Shown here: positions 1 through 9,800 of the stretch, piece after piece
How positions within the stretch are numbered: position 1 is the first letter of the stretch
Layout of the letters: every line of letters begins with the position of its first letter
IMG/VR virus record: IMGVR_UViG_3300031673_000002
Source: an uncultured virus (IMG/VR IMGVR_UViG_3300031673_000002)
Taxonomy: Duplodnaviria; Heunggongvirae; Uroviricota; Caudoviricetes
Strand: one strand, 5' to 3'
Length of the DNA: 64,000 nucleotides
Position numbers and translations under genes: made by a program
The notes under the pieces: model-generated
Seen by the model: the letters and a program-made list of their open reading frames with translations, nothing else
Told to the model about the DNA's origin: nothing
The model's database searches: none

Positions 1-1098
1 GAACGTTAGGTTGGCGTAACTACCAATGCTGTCGCCGTGACTCAGTGTTGTCAGCGTCGGCTCCACCAAGACACGCCAACCAGGGTTGGCCAGCAAGTCC
101 ATCTTGTTTAGAAGCTCAATGTCCGTGGAGCCGCCTCCCGTCACCTTCACGGCACCGACGATGGTGTAGTCGCCTACACCAATGCTCAGGTCCGCGTTGT
201 CGGGAACCTCTAGGTAGTCACCGTTACCGCCCCCGGCGGCTACGAAGTTAAGCCCGTTGCCCACTGTCCCCGCTACGGCTGTCGGCGGGCCATGCATGGT
301 AGCTGGAAGCTCCCCAGTACCATCAAGCACAAAACCGCTGAGCGCGTCGATCTCCATCGTGGAGTAGAAGATCGGCGCGGGCAACGCCACACCAAGGATG
401 GTGAAGGTGATGGGCTTGCTCACCACCGTTCCATCAGCCTGGATGATGATACCGCTGTAGACGCCAGCAGGCGAACCACCGAGCAGCGCCGCTGCGTCGG
501 GGGTTACGATGATCTCGCCCGTACCTGCGTTGAGGGAAGCACCGCTCGGCAGCGTCCCCGAAAACAGCGCGTACGCCCCGTAGGAACCGTTACCCGTCTC
601 CGGCGTCATAGAAAGCGTGTTGCCGATGACGACCTTGGCCCCAGAGAAGTAGCTCAGGATGTTTCCTTGCAGATCAAGCGGCCACGCAATCGGCATCCTA
701 GAAAACAGATCAAAGACAATGCGCCCGAAGTGACAGTGGGCGATCAGGAACTCGTAGCCGACAGCGAGTCCCGTGGTGCCTGCGTCCGTGACTGTGGCGA
801 TGAGCCCGGCTTCCCCCGTGATCGACGTGAACTCGTCCCCAGAGACGGTGGTGTACACGGTCTCTTTACCACGGGGGATAGACATCTCATCGACGCTGAC
901 TGCGGTGACCTCCTTGCGGAAGACCTCAGCCAGAAGCGCCGTCGCGGCTGGGTTCAATGCCAGGGGTGACTCGGGCGAGCCTGCGTTGAACCCAGAGCTA
1001 CCGTAGGCGACGTGAGTGATGTCGAAGACAAGGTCATCGGACCAAATCTCGTCGATTCGTGTCCGGCCCTCGTCTGTATAGTCCATCAGCAGCGACAC
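1..1098 (-). CDS. Tail/baseplate appendage protein (tail-collar-like N-terminus, putative Ig domain, LamG-like domain); runs off the window edge
   Basis: Not in the ORF track; translated by hand from GTG 1098 (or ATG 1086) and open to base 1. N-terminus TDEGRTRI..ITHVAYGSSG resembles 11211-11645. YALFSGTLPSGASLNAGTGEI is Ig-like. GTVGNGLNF..GDYLEVPDNADLSIGVGDYTI is a LamG-type start. Confidence 0.75.
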   Translation of the reverse strand, partial: MSLLMDYTDEGRTRIDEIWSDDLVFDITHVAYGSSGFNAGSPESPLALNPAATALLAEVFRKEVTAVSVDEMSIPRGKETVYTTVSGDEFTSITGEAGLIATVTDAGTTGLAVGYEFLIAHCHFGRIVFDLFSRMPIAWPLDLQGNILSYFSGAKVVIGNTLSMTPETGNGSYGAYALFSGTLPSGASLNAGTGEIIVTPDAAALLGGSPAGVYSGIIIQADGTVVSKPITFTILGVALPAPIFYSTMEIDALSGFVLDGTGELPATMHGPPTAVAGTVGNGLNFVAAGGGNGDYLEVPDNADLSIGVGDYTIVGAVKVTGGGSTDIELLNKMDLLANPGWRVLVEPTLTTLSHGDSIGSYANLTF

Positions 1099-1105
1099 GA
1101 ACTAC

Positions 1106-1768
1106 CTACTTGATCGTCTTCCACATCTCGTCGAGGACCCTACGTAGGGTCTTCATGTCCGCCATCTTCTTCCCCTCAAGCCACGGAAGCAAGCGTTCAT
1201 CGTCTTTGGCGACGTGACTCTCGCCCGCAGCTACGGGGTAGCCAGCGAACCTTTGAATGAAGGCGTTGTGAAGCTCGTAGCTAAACGCGGTCTTCGCGAT
1301 GTCCACCTTGCCATCGACGATCATCTCGTCGAGAACACCGATTTGGATCAGCGTCTCGCTGTGTGTAAGCCCGGTCAGCTTGTCCGGCTTCCCATCCCCG
1401 TTCATATCGGTCAGCCCAAGCCGCTCATGTACCGCAGACCGAAGCGCTCCTCGGGTGAAGACGCACTTCACCTTGGCAGCGTGCTTCTTGATATGAGCAG
1501 AGGTCACGGCAACATCGATAGCTGCATATGCTTCAGGCATTATTTCCGCGTAGGCATCGACGAACATCTCCACTTCAGCGGTGTTGAATCCCTTCGCCCA
1601 AGCAGGTCGGAAGTAGAGCCACCGCATCGGGGAGAAGTAGAACCTGATCCCGCGCGCCCTTGCCCTCGGAAGGTTAGGGCTGAGGAAGAACGTCAGCGGA
1701 AGCCACACACCGATGATGAGGAAGACCAGGACGATGATGACAGCGATGATCACGGGAGGCTGTTCCAC
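1106..1768 (-). CDS. Hypothetical protein with N-terminal membrane anchor
   Basis: Hydrophobic N-terminus (VIIAVIIVLVFLIIGVWLPLTFFL); tightly packed between structural genes. Confidence 0.7.
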   Translation of the reverse strand: MEQPPVIIAVIIVLVFLIIGVWLPLTFFLSPNLPRARARGIRFYFSPMRWLYFRPAWAKGFNTAEVEMFVDAYAEIMPEAYAAIDVAVTSAHIKKHAAKVKCVFTRGALRSAVHERLGLTDMNGDGKPDKLTGLTHSETLIQIGVLDEMIVDGKVDIAKTAFSYELHNAFIQRFAGYPVAAGESHVAKDDERLLPWLEGKKMADMKTLRRVLDEMWKTIK

Positions 1769-1771
1769 AAC

Positions 1772-3484
1772 TCACCACTGCTGACGGAGCAGCACGCCGA
1801 CCGCACCTGTTGCGAATGCCTGGACGGGAGAGGTCCGGCTCAGCGTCGCCCGGAGACGGAACTGGTAGCGGGTCTGCGCCGGTCCTTGGACCGCGACAGA
1901 GAAGCCCGCACGCGGAACCTCTCGCCATGCTGTAGCAGCGATGGCAGGAGAAGCTGTTGCATCACCTGGGTCACGAACTTCCAAGGTCAGCGAGTCCGGG
2001 TGGAACGTCGCGTCAGCAGGAAGGAACCAACCCACGACACAGATCGGAACATCCGAGGTCTGAGACTGGTAGGTGACCGTGTTGTTGTCCTCGTACACGT
2101 CGGAACGAAGGCGCTGAAGCCGCCCCGCCGTCTTGTCGGCGACGATGACGAGGGAGGACGCCACCGTATCGCCGGGGAGGGTGACCTCATCCGCGACAAC
2201 ACCGGAAGCGTTGGCGATGGAACCGAAGGTCAGCAGCGGATCCCGGTTGCTCGACTGCACCGGGAGCGTGACGGTGTAGGGCAGGGAGCTTTCGGCCCCC
2301 AGGAAGCCGTAGGATGCCTCGTGAGCGCCGGCAGCCGAGGACGTGGATGCGTCAACGCGGAAGACCTCCACGCGCCCCACAAGGTCCGCTGAGACGTACA
2401 GACGGGTGTTCCCATCGCTGCCCGCGAGCACGTCGAGGGAATTCTGGGCTTCCGGGGAGCCCAGAGCGCCGTTCGGCCCCAGTACATACCCAGGACCGAT
2501 GGCTTCGAGGACCATCGTCGGCTGGTAGGCATTCGCGACGAGAGCACGGGAGAAGGAACCAACGTCACCAAGACCGTTCGCAACCCACAGACGCTCATCC
2601 GGGACAGTGGCGCCAGGCACGAAGAACAAGTCCGTCGGCTTCTGGCACTCGGCGTTGTTGAGCTTGTTCAACCCGCCTGCGATGAGGTGGTACTGGTTGA
2701 ATACTGGGGTACCGATGACCGAGATGTCGAACTCGGCCACGAACCCGTTGTCCAGTACGTCGGAGCCAGGAGCATCGCCAGAACGACAAGCGATGAACAG
2801 CAGGTCGTTCAGCTCGTCAACTGCGATGGCGACGGGCTCCGTCAGATCACCGGCACCGGGCAATCCGGCGGTCCCAGGAGTACCGATCGTGGCGACGTGC
2901 GCACCCGTGGCGAAGTTGTAGATTTGAACCACATGCTGTGTTCCGCCACAAGCAATGAACATGTGCTCGGCAGCCGCTGTGGTGGGCGTAGCTGCGACGG
3001 CGCACTCAGCGTCGTTGTAGCCCGTAGCCGAAACTGGGGCTCCCGTAGGCTCGAAGTGTGGGAAGGTGCGGACGATCTCAAGACCCGCGTCCATAAGCAT
3101 CACACCATCGGACGCGCCAGTCACGATGTAGCGGATACGGTCAGCCTGCGTAACCGGAACGTCAATGCCTGGGTCACGACGACGAACACGACGAGGAGCA
3201 CGCTGAACCCCATCACGGAACTTTGACAGACTGAACTTGAAGCCCGCCGTGTCGAGGATGACCGCGTTGGCATTCACATCAGGCTCCAAAGAGCCCGTTG
3301 GGATCAGCGTCGTGGTGTCAACGTCCGCAGCCCCGAGCCAGAGCACCTGATCTGGCGTCAGCGAGTCGACACGATCGGTGTAGTAGGTCTGGAGGGTAGC
3401 GTCGAAAACGCTGTTCTTCGTCGCCAGGGAAGGGTCCTGGAGAAGACGACGCAAGGTCTCGGTGAAGGCTGAGGGCAAGGGCAT
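1772..3484 (-). CDS. Virion structural protein with NHL-type beta-propeller
   Basis: Repeats such as LTEPVAIAVDELNDLLFIA, QKPTDLFFV..LWVAN and LYVSADLVGRVEVF; SD-like AGGAG upstream; tail gene context. Confidence 0.7.
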   Translation of the reverse strand: MPLPSAFTETLRRLLQDPSLATKNSVFDATLQTYYTDRVDSLTPDQVLWLGAADVDTTTLIPTGSLEPDVNANAVILDTAGFKFSLSKFRDGVQRAPRRVRRRDPGIDVPVTQADRIRYIVTGASDGVMLMDAGLEIVRTFPHFEPTGAPVSATGYNDAECAVAATPTTAAAEHMFIACGGTQHVVQIYNFATGAHVATIGTPGTAGLPGAGDLTEPVAIAVDELNDLLFIACRSGDAPGSDVLDNGFVAEFDISVIGTPVFNQYHLIAGGLNKLNNAECQKPTDLFFVPGATVPDERLWVANGLGDVGSFSRALVANAYQPTMVLEAIGPGYVLGPNGALGSPEAQNSLDVLAGSDGNTRLYVSADLVGRVEVFRVDASTSSAAGAHEASYGFLGAESSLPYTVTLPVQSSNRDPLLTFGSIANASGVVADEVTLPGDTVASSLVIVADKTAGRLQRLRSDVYEDNNTVTYQSQTSDVPICVVGWFLPADATFHPDSLTLEVRDPGDATASPAIAATAWREVPRAGFSVAVQGPAQTRYQFRLRATLSRTSPVQAFATGAVGVLLRQQW

Positions 3485-3556
3485 TACTGGCTCCTAGGGT
3501 CTACTGTGCCAGGGTGTGCTTCCGCCCCTTGGCGGTGGGCGCCATAAAGACACCGG

Positions 3557-6500
3557 TTAGGTCTGCCTGCTGAAGACCGCGAAGGATAGCGAAAGGTCTG
3601 CTGCTGCTGTCGCTGAAAAGTCAATCGGGGAGACGGACGCCGCCCCCGTGGAGCTGGCGTAGAATCCCTGGATGATCATAGTCGTAGAGTTTAGAGTGGT
3701 AACCCCCATATTTAGTACCAACCTCGCCCCCGAATTGTAGATAACGGACGGCGTTATAACGGCCGCTGGGTTTGTACCCATAGGGTCTACGAAGGTGATC
3801 GTAAGAAGAGCACCACCACCACCGATGGCCGCCGTGAAGTTCATCCCCTCCTGGGTAGTGAAGCCGCCGCTCCCGTCCATGAGCAGATAGCCCCACGCCT
3901 TACATTGGTTCAAGGCACCAATGAAGTTGGTGACTCCAACTGTTCGAGAGGGGTTGGACGTGGTCCCCGGCGCGGTGATCTCAACACCGAAGCTGGGGAG
4001 AAGGTAGCGATCAGTAGTAGCTACACGGGGCACAAAGAAGGAGTTATCGCTAAAGGATACCCAGGTCGCCGGACCGGCTGCCTGCCGCAGCACAGTAAAC
4101 ATGTAGCTGCCGGTGTGTTGGAGTACGATCTGTATCGAGTCAACCGATGTCAAATCGGCAACCCAGAGGTTAGTTGTATTGTTGTAGTCCGCGTTCACCG
4201 TAAATGAAAGGGCGCCAAGGTCGCTAACAAACAGGCGAGTCCCCACGCGCGACGTGCCTGCTGTATCGGGAAGGGATTCAAAAATCTTGGTACGCGCAAT
4301 GCTTGTAAGCGTATCGTCTGTGTAGTAGTCACTTCTGATTCGTGTGTCATCGGCATCGGCGGGTACTGAGGCACCGGTCTTACCTGGCAGAATGACCTGG
4401 TCCCGGGCAGTAACCGTACGCGGGCTGAACGCGCCGCCCGCCTCGTTGATCGTCCGCCCCCAGCTCGCTTCCGCAAAGCCAGTAGCGCCAAAGTGGTAGT
4501 CCGTCGAGAAGCCCGCATTCTTAGCGGAGGCGTCATTGTTACGGAGGTTGCCGACCATCATGCGGGTCGACTCTGTCCCGTTGTAGTCCTTGTTCCAGAC
4601 CAGCCCCGTGTTGTCGAACGCGGCGTTCGTCGTGATGGCGAAGCTGGCCGTACCCGAGGAGGGCACGTACATGTAAAGGCGCGTGTGCCAGGAGGTACCA
4701 GACGAGGGTCCGCTCTCCCAGAGCAGGGTCCACACGCCCGTGGCAGGACGGAAAGCCGTGCTCAGGCGCGGAATCTCCGCGTCCGCGTTCGATGAAAGAA
4801 GAGCACTCCCAAGGAAGGCTTGCAGGGCCGCCGTTACATCGCCGCCTGCGACTACATCACCCGATGTGGCTGTGATGTCTCCCGTGGTAGCTGTGACGTT
4901 ACTGACTGCTGTGACATCGCCTCCTGCGACTACATCGCCTGCGGTGGCCGTAACATCGCCTGCGGTGGCCGTAACGTTCTGACCAGCGATGACGTCACCG
5001 TTGGTGGATTGGATGTTGTACGCAGCGAGCAGCGAGGTGCCGGTGCCGCCCAGCATCATGTTGCCATTGACGATCTGAGATGCGTTGCGGAGGTAGAGAT
5101 CGCCTGCCTGGAGGTCGGTGTCTCCGAAGCTGCCTACTCCCGTATCACGATAGAACGAAATCAGATCACGGGTGGCGCCGGGAGTCCACTGCATACGCCC
5201 CATGTCCGCTGTGAAGACGACGCTGGCGTTGCGCGTTGCGCTGCCCACAAAGAGCTGAGGGTCTCGCGTGTCGGTGATCGAGGTGATCCCGCCGCCGCTG
5301 GTAGCTACCTGGGCCACGGTAGCGAAGTTCCCATTGAGAACCGTCGTCGGTGCGGTCGTCTGGATGGTCAAGACGCCCGCGTTATTGACGAAGATGTAGT
5401 TCGTGACGCCATTCGTAAGCACCACGCCCGTGTAGTTGGCGGCTACCTCGTAGCGACGACCCTCGATGTACGCGACGATAGGGCCTTCGATGCGTGCCGT
5501 GAGACCACCAAGATCGACAACCGTGCCTCCGCTGTACACCATGTTGGCGCGCAGGTCCGCCCACGCCGGAGTGACCTCCGTGTCGCGGAAGTCGTCGTTG
5601 ATGTCGGCAGGGCCGGTCGTTCCGAAATTGCGTCGGTCTGCTCCGAGCGTAAGAACGCCAGAGCCATCCCAGTACCAGTGGGCGATGAGCAGGTGGTCAT
5701 CATCCTTGAGCGTAGCGTTGACATCGTAGTTGTCGGAGACGGTACCGCCCGGCGCTGCTCCATTCAACTCCACGTCGACCCATTGAGTGCCAGCGTTGTC
5801 GCGCAGCCGGATCGTCTGTCCCGTGGCCGCCGAAACAGGGACACCACCTGCCCACTGTAGGGTGGTGGTCGCAACATCGAACAGAAGGGTGTACGTGCCA
5901 GCGGCATGACCGTCGGACATGTCGATGAAGCGAGCATACGAGATGTCAAGCGTGTCAGCCGACTTGATGACGCGGTAGCTCGATGACACAGCACCAAGTT
6001 CATCGATGCCTACTTGAATCATCCCTCGGCTAGCGCCTACCGAGGCTGCCGTGATGGTGGTTGTCGACACGGGTAGCGTGAGGAACCGACCGTTGACCGT
6101 GTAGCCCGACCCCGCCGGAACCGCCGCTACGGTGAGGTCAGTACCAGAGACGTTCGGCTCCAACGTCGTGAGAACGGACATCCCAGTGACGCCGTTGCTG
6201 TGCTCTTGGTCGCGGTGGACGTTGACCGAAGCCTCGTCGAACACGTCCCAGATGCCAAGCGTGTCACTCCAAAAGTAGAAGGAGCCCGTGTCGAGGACGA
6301 GACGAACGTCGCCATCCCGGTTGCTGTTGGGTGAGCCGGTGGGGAGCGAGGCGAAGGTGTCAACCGGGGTGCGCCATGACGTACGCCCCTGCGGGTCAAC
6401 TACGTCACGAAGATCGTAGCTTACCGAGGAAGCAGGAGGCGCCGCATACGGTCCTCCCAGCGTGAGGTCCACAGTACCTACGACATGCAGCCAATCAAGC

Positions 6501-6820
6501 TCGCTGTCCGCGAGGTACGCCGACTCCGCGAGAGACTGGATCGAGAGCGTAGGAGCCAAACCCTGGCGCCAGCGAGCCCGACACACAAGGTAGTTGAGGA
6601 CACCATCCACAACAGGCAAGGTGGCGACGGCATCTGAGGTGACCACCGCACCATCAAAGGTCACGAGGGTGAATGGAGAAACGTCGACCTCAAGGGTACC
6701 GCCGGCAGGCGTAAGCGTCCCCCCGGTGACAAATCCCTTGTTGAAGACGTCCTTGAAGCGGAGGTTTACGTCTGCCGAGGCATCCGGGTTCTTCCACTTT
6801 AGGACCAGCTTCAAGGCCAT
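3557..6820 (-). CDS. Tail fibre/spike protein A (1087 aa)
   Basis: G/T/A/V-rich beta protein. About 520 N-terminal aa are paralogous to 6889-10944. Contains GDVxA repeats and a C-terminal KAWG..NF..ITF fibre-tip-type domain. Confidence 0.8.
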   Translation of the reverse strand: MALKLVLKWKNPDASADVNLRFKDVFNKGFVTGGTLTPAGGTLEVDVSPFTLVTFDGAVVTSDAVATLPVVDGVLNYLVCRARWRQGLAPTLSIQSLAESAYLADSELDWLHVVGTVDLTLGGPYAAPPASSVSYDLRDVVDPQGRTSWRTPVDTFASLPTGSPNSNRDGDVRLVLDTGSFYFWSDTLGIWDVFDEASVNVHRDQEHSNGVTGMSVLTTLEPNVSGTDLTVAAVPAGSGYTVNGRFLTLPVSTTTITAASVGASRGMIQVGIDELGAVSSSYRVIKSADTLDISYARFIDMSDGHAAGTYTLLFDVATTTLQWAGGVPVSAATGQTIRLRDNAGTQWVDVELNGAAPGGTVSDNYDVNATLKDDDHLLIAHWYWDGSGVLTLGADRRNFGTTGPADINDDFRDTEVTPAWADLRANMVYSGGTVVDLGGLTARIEGPIVAYIEGRRYEVAANYTGVVLTNGVTNYIFVNNAGVLTIQTTAPTTVLNGNFATVAQVATSGGGITSITDTRDPQLFVGSATRNASVVFTADMGRMQWTPGATRDLISFYRDTGVGSFGDTDLQAGDLYLRNASQIVNGNMMLGGTGTSLLAAYNIQSTNGDVIAGQNVTATAGDVTATAGDVVAGGDVTAVSNVTATTGDITATSGDVVAGGDVTAALQAFLGSALLSSNADAEIPRLSTAFRPATGVWTLLWESGPSSGTSWHTRLYMYVPSSGTASFAITTNAAFDNTGLVWNKDYNGTESTRMMVGNLRNNDASAKNAGFSTDYHFGATGFAEASWGRTINEAGGAFSPRTVTARDQVILPGKTGASVPADADDTRIRSDYYTDDTLTSIARTKIFESLPDTAGTSRVGTRLFVSDLGALSFTVNADYNNTTNLWVADLTSVDSIQIVLQHTGSYMFTVLRQAAGPATWVSFSDNSFFVPRVATTDRYLLPSFGVEITAPGTTSNPSRTVGVTNFIGALNQCKAWGYLLMDGSGGFTTQEGMNFTAAIGGGGALLTITFVDPMGTNPAAVITPSVIYNSGARLVLNMGVTTLNSTTMIIQGFYASSTGAASVSPIDFSATAAADLSLSFAVFSRQT
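4827..4999 (-). repeat. Intragenic short repeats encoding GDVTATAGDVVAGG-type beta-helix units
   Basis: Protein GDVIAGQNVTATAGDVTATAGDVVAGGDVTAVSNVTATTGDITATSGDVVAGGDVTAA; the DNA unit acatcgcctgcggtggccgta occurs twice. Confidence 0.85.
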
Positions 6821-6888
6821 GCGTTCTTCCTTATCAGGCGGCTACTGAGCCAGTGTGCGCTCGCTGCGCGGAGAGGGGACAGGCAACG

Positions 6889-9800
6889 CTACGCCGTAGC
6901 GCCGATTACGACCACGTTGATGATGATCCCGGCGGTTGTCGCAAGGTTGATATGAGTTCCTGCGCTGTTGAACACATCCAGGTTAAAGAAGGTAGAGTCG
7001 CGCGCTCCTACGGTGGCGTAATACCCCAAGGCTCCAGTAGCGTCCTCAACGTTGGCGAGAACGGTGAAGCCAGCGTTCCGCATGCTATTACGGAAGAAGA
7101 CGCGGATGTCGTCGCCGCCACTACTGTAGCTCGTCGGGGTGTCGATGTTGAATGATTCTGTACCTAGGGTGAAGGTCGTTCCTACACCACCGCCGCTGCC
7201 CACCGTTGTGAGAACGCCGTGGGCCGCCACCATGCTGTTCGCGTATGCGGTGTTGTCCTGGGGCGCCGCCGTGTTCGCAAGCGGCGTCCCGAGCTTCAAG
7301 CGTCCGCTGTTGGAAAGCTCAGAGCGCGGCGTCCCGGAGCGGACTGCATCCTCGTCGAAGTCGCAGTTGTGAAGCGACACATGATCCGGGATCGTGATGG
7401 TCACACCGTTGGTTGCCCAACACGCGGTCGCCATCGAGGTGCCATTCAGGTCGAGGTTCGACTGGATCTCGCAGTTGTTCATCACAACCGAAGGCCCGTA
7501 CTCCGACCCGATAGGGGTGAAGATGGTGGCAGGCGTGACCTTGCAACTTGCTCCCAGGCTCGACAGCTTGACACCATCGAGAATCTTCATGGCATCGAAC
7601 TTGGCGCGGTTCTGCCCACCAACATCCTCGTGACGGAAGATGGCCGTCAACACATCGCTGATCTGACCTCCGATGACATGGATGTTGGGGTCTGCCGTGA
7701 AGCTGCTGATGTCGAAGGCGTAGGCAACGTCTCCATTGCCGCCGATTGCGCAGTCACGAAGAACGAGGTGGCCGAACATAGCTGCCGAGTCCATGCGAAA
7801 CGCGGCTGTGTTAGCACTAAACGCACCGCTCTCACCGGCCACGAACATGCATTGGTCGAAGACCGTAGCGCCATCGGTCTCGATGCCTGCGCCTTCACGA
7901 TGCCCGCCAAGAACTGGTTGCGTTTCCCAGTACACGAAGTGAGAGATATCCACACCGCCGTCAAGCGTAAGACGGCTTCCCAGGAAGCCTGGAGGCGGGT
8001 CCTTTAACATGCAGACCGAGTGGTCTCCCGCCACCGCGAAGCTGCTCCCGTTGTAGAGCATACGGAAGTCCCTCATCGACCAGTCTGACATTTCGGCGCC
8101 GAGTGCCCCAAAATCCCAAAGAGGCTTAGCGGGCATGGTGTTCACGCCGTCACCACCAACCACTCCCCAGAAGATGGTGGGCTTCTCGTCATCTGTAGCT
8201 GTCCCGATGACGCGGATGTTCCGTAGCCTGTCATCCCCAAGGCCGGTGAAGATCGGTCCGTCGGCATCAAAGGTCCAGGCGCTCGGTCCCGCAGCGGCGT
8301 AGCGTCCGTACGTGTCCCCAGACTTCGTCGCTGCTACCCAGGGGTTGGCCAGCGTCATTGACGTGTCAGTTAGCACCGAGACGACCTCGCCCTCGTCGTT
8401 ACCGATCTGAATCCAGTCTCCTGGCTGGAAATCCGTCAGGAAGCGCGTACCGGATCCGGTCAAGGCCGTGGTCGTCATCGTAATTGACACGGTACCAGCC
8501 AGGTCTGGCGTGGTATTGATGGTAACTCGCCCGACGATCTCAATCGTCCTGGGTCCGTAGTGCGAGAACCCTGAGTCGTTCTCGTCAAAGCAGACCAAGT
8601 ATGCCAGAGCGTGGTACGGAGTAGGGAAATTGGACGGGAACTGGGCACCAACAGCCCCGTCGTTACCAACCGTCAGCGCACGGTTGCTACTGTGAACCCC
8701 GGTCGCCTTCAACGTGATGTCCACCAGGCTATAGATGACGCCGGCTGTCAACGTTACGATGGCGAACGGCATGTCCTCGTTCTTGACGCCTGTGCTCACC
8801 CGTTCGACGTCGAATGCATCTGTCGTCGAGTTCCAATAGACGACGTTCACCCCGTCGGAGGGGGCCAGGGCATCTACATCGACGGACAAGGGGCTCTCGA
8901 TCGTGATGACCCTCCCCTTGGGGTCTACGAAGCGCCCTGCGTTGATCTGAACGACGGTGGAACCCGCCGGACTGCTGATCTCACATCCTGTGATGATCCC
9001 CAGCTTGTGCTGTCGCGCCTCTTCCGCTGCGCGCAGCGCACCGAGAATCGACACTGTGCTCGCCCCCACCATCCGGTTGGTGAGGTTGAGGTCTTCCGCA
9101 AGGGGGCCGCCCGCAAGGTTGATCGTAGCGGGAGTCGTGTTCGTGTCACCGAATTGGACGCCAGTGCCGCTGCCTGCGTCTGTAAACAGGCCGTTTTCTG
9201 ACGAGACAGTACCCACTGCGCGCACGTCCCCAGCATCCAGATCGTCGATTGCGAGGGAGAAGCCTGCTGCCACACCGTCCTTAGTCAGGACCACATAGTT
9301 GTTGCGAGGGGAATGCGAGAACGACATCGTCTCACTGACCAGCGTCTCTGACGTACGCAGGTCCAGTGCCGATGAGATGGAGGCACCACCGGCTACAACA
9401 CGATGCAACAAGGCATAGTTTCCACCCAAGGTGGAAGGATTCACCGTAGAAACCTGGAGCGTGCCCTCATTGTCCACGTAGATGTAGTTCGTCATCGATG
9501 GCGTCATCGACAGTCCCGTATAGGAACCGTCCACCACGAAACGCTTTCCGTCTACGTAGGCAACGATCGGCCCTTCAATGCGAACCGTCAGCCCCGAAAT
9601 GACCGAGTACGCGCCTCCCGAGAACCAACTACCTCCGCGTCCTGTAATCGTTGTCGGGGTTGTGGCCGCCGCTCGGTTTCTCGTGTCCTGCCAGTACGGG
9701 TAGAGAACAGTGTCCTTGAAGTCGTCGCTCATCTCCTCGAAGCCGAGGTTTCCGAACGTGCGCTTGTCTGCTCCGAGGATGAGGGTTGTGGACCCGTCCC

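Noticed and set aside
1106..1768. Zinc metallopeptidase call from SYELHNAF
   Set aside because: This is not a true HExxH motif, so it is left as a hypothetical membrane-anchored protein.
3501..3512. Sigma54 promoter (TGGCAC -24 box)
   Set aside because: No TTGC at the required -12 spacing here or at 13801-13812 and 29339-29350.
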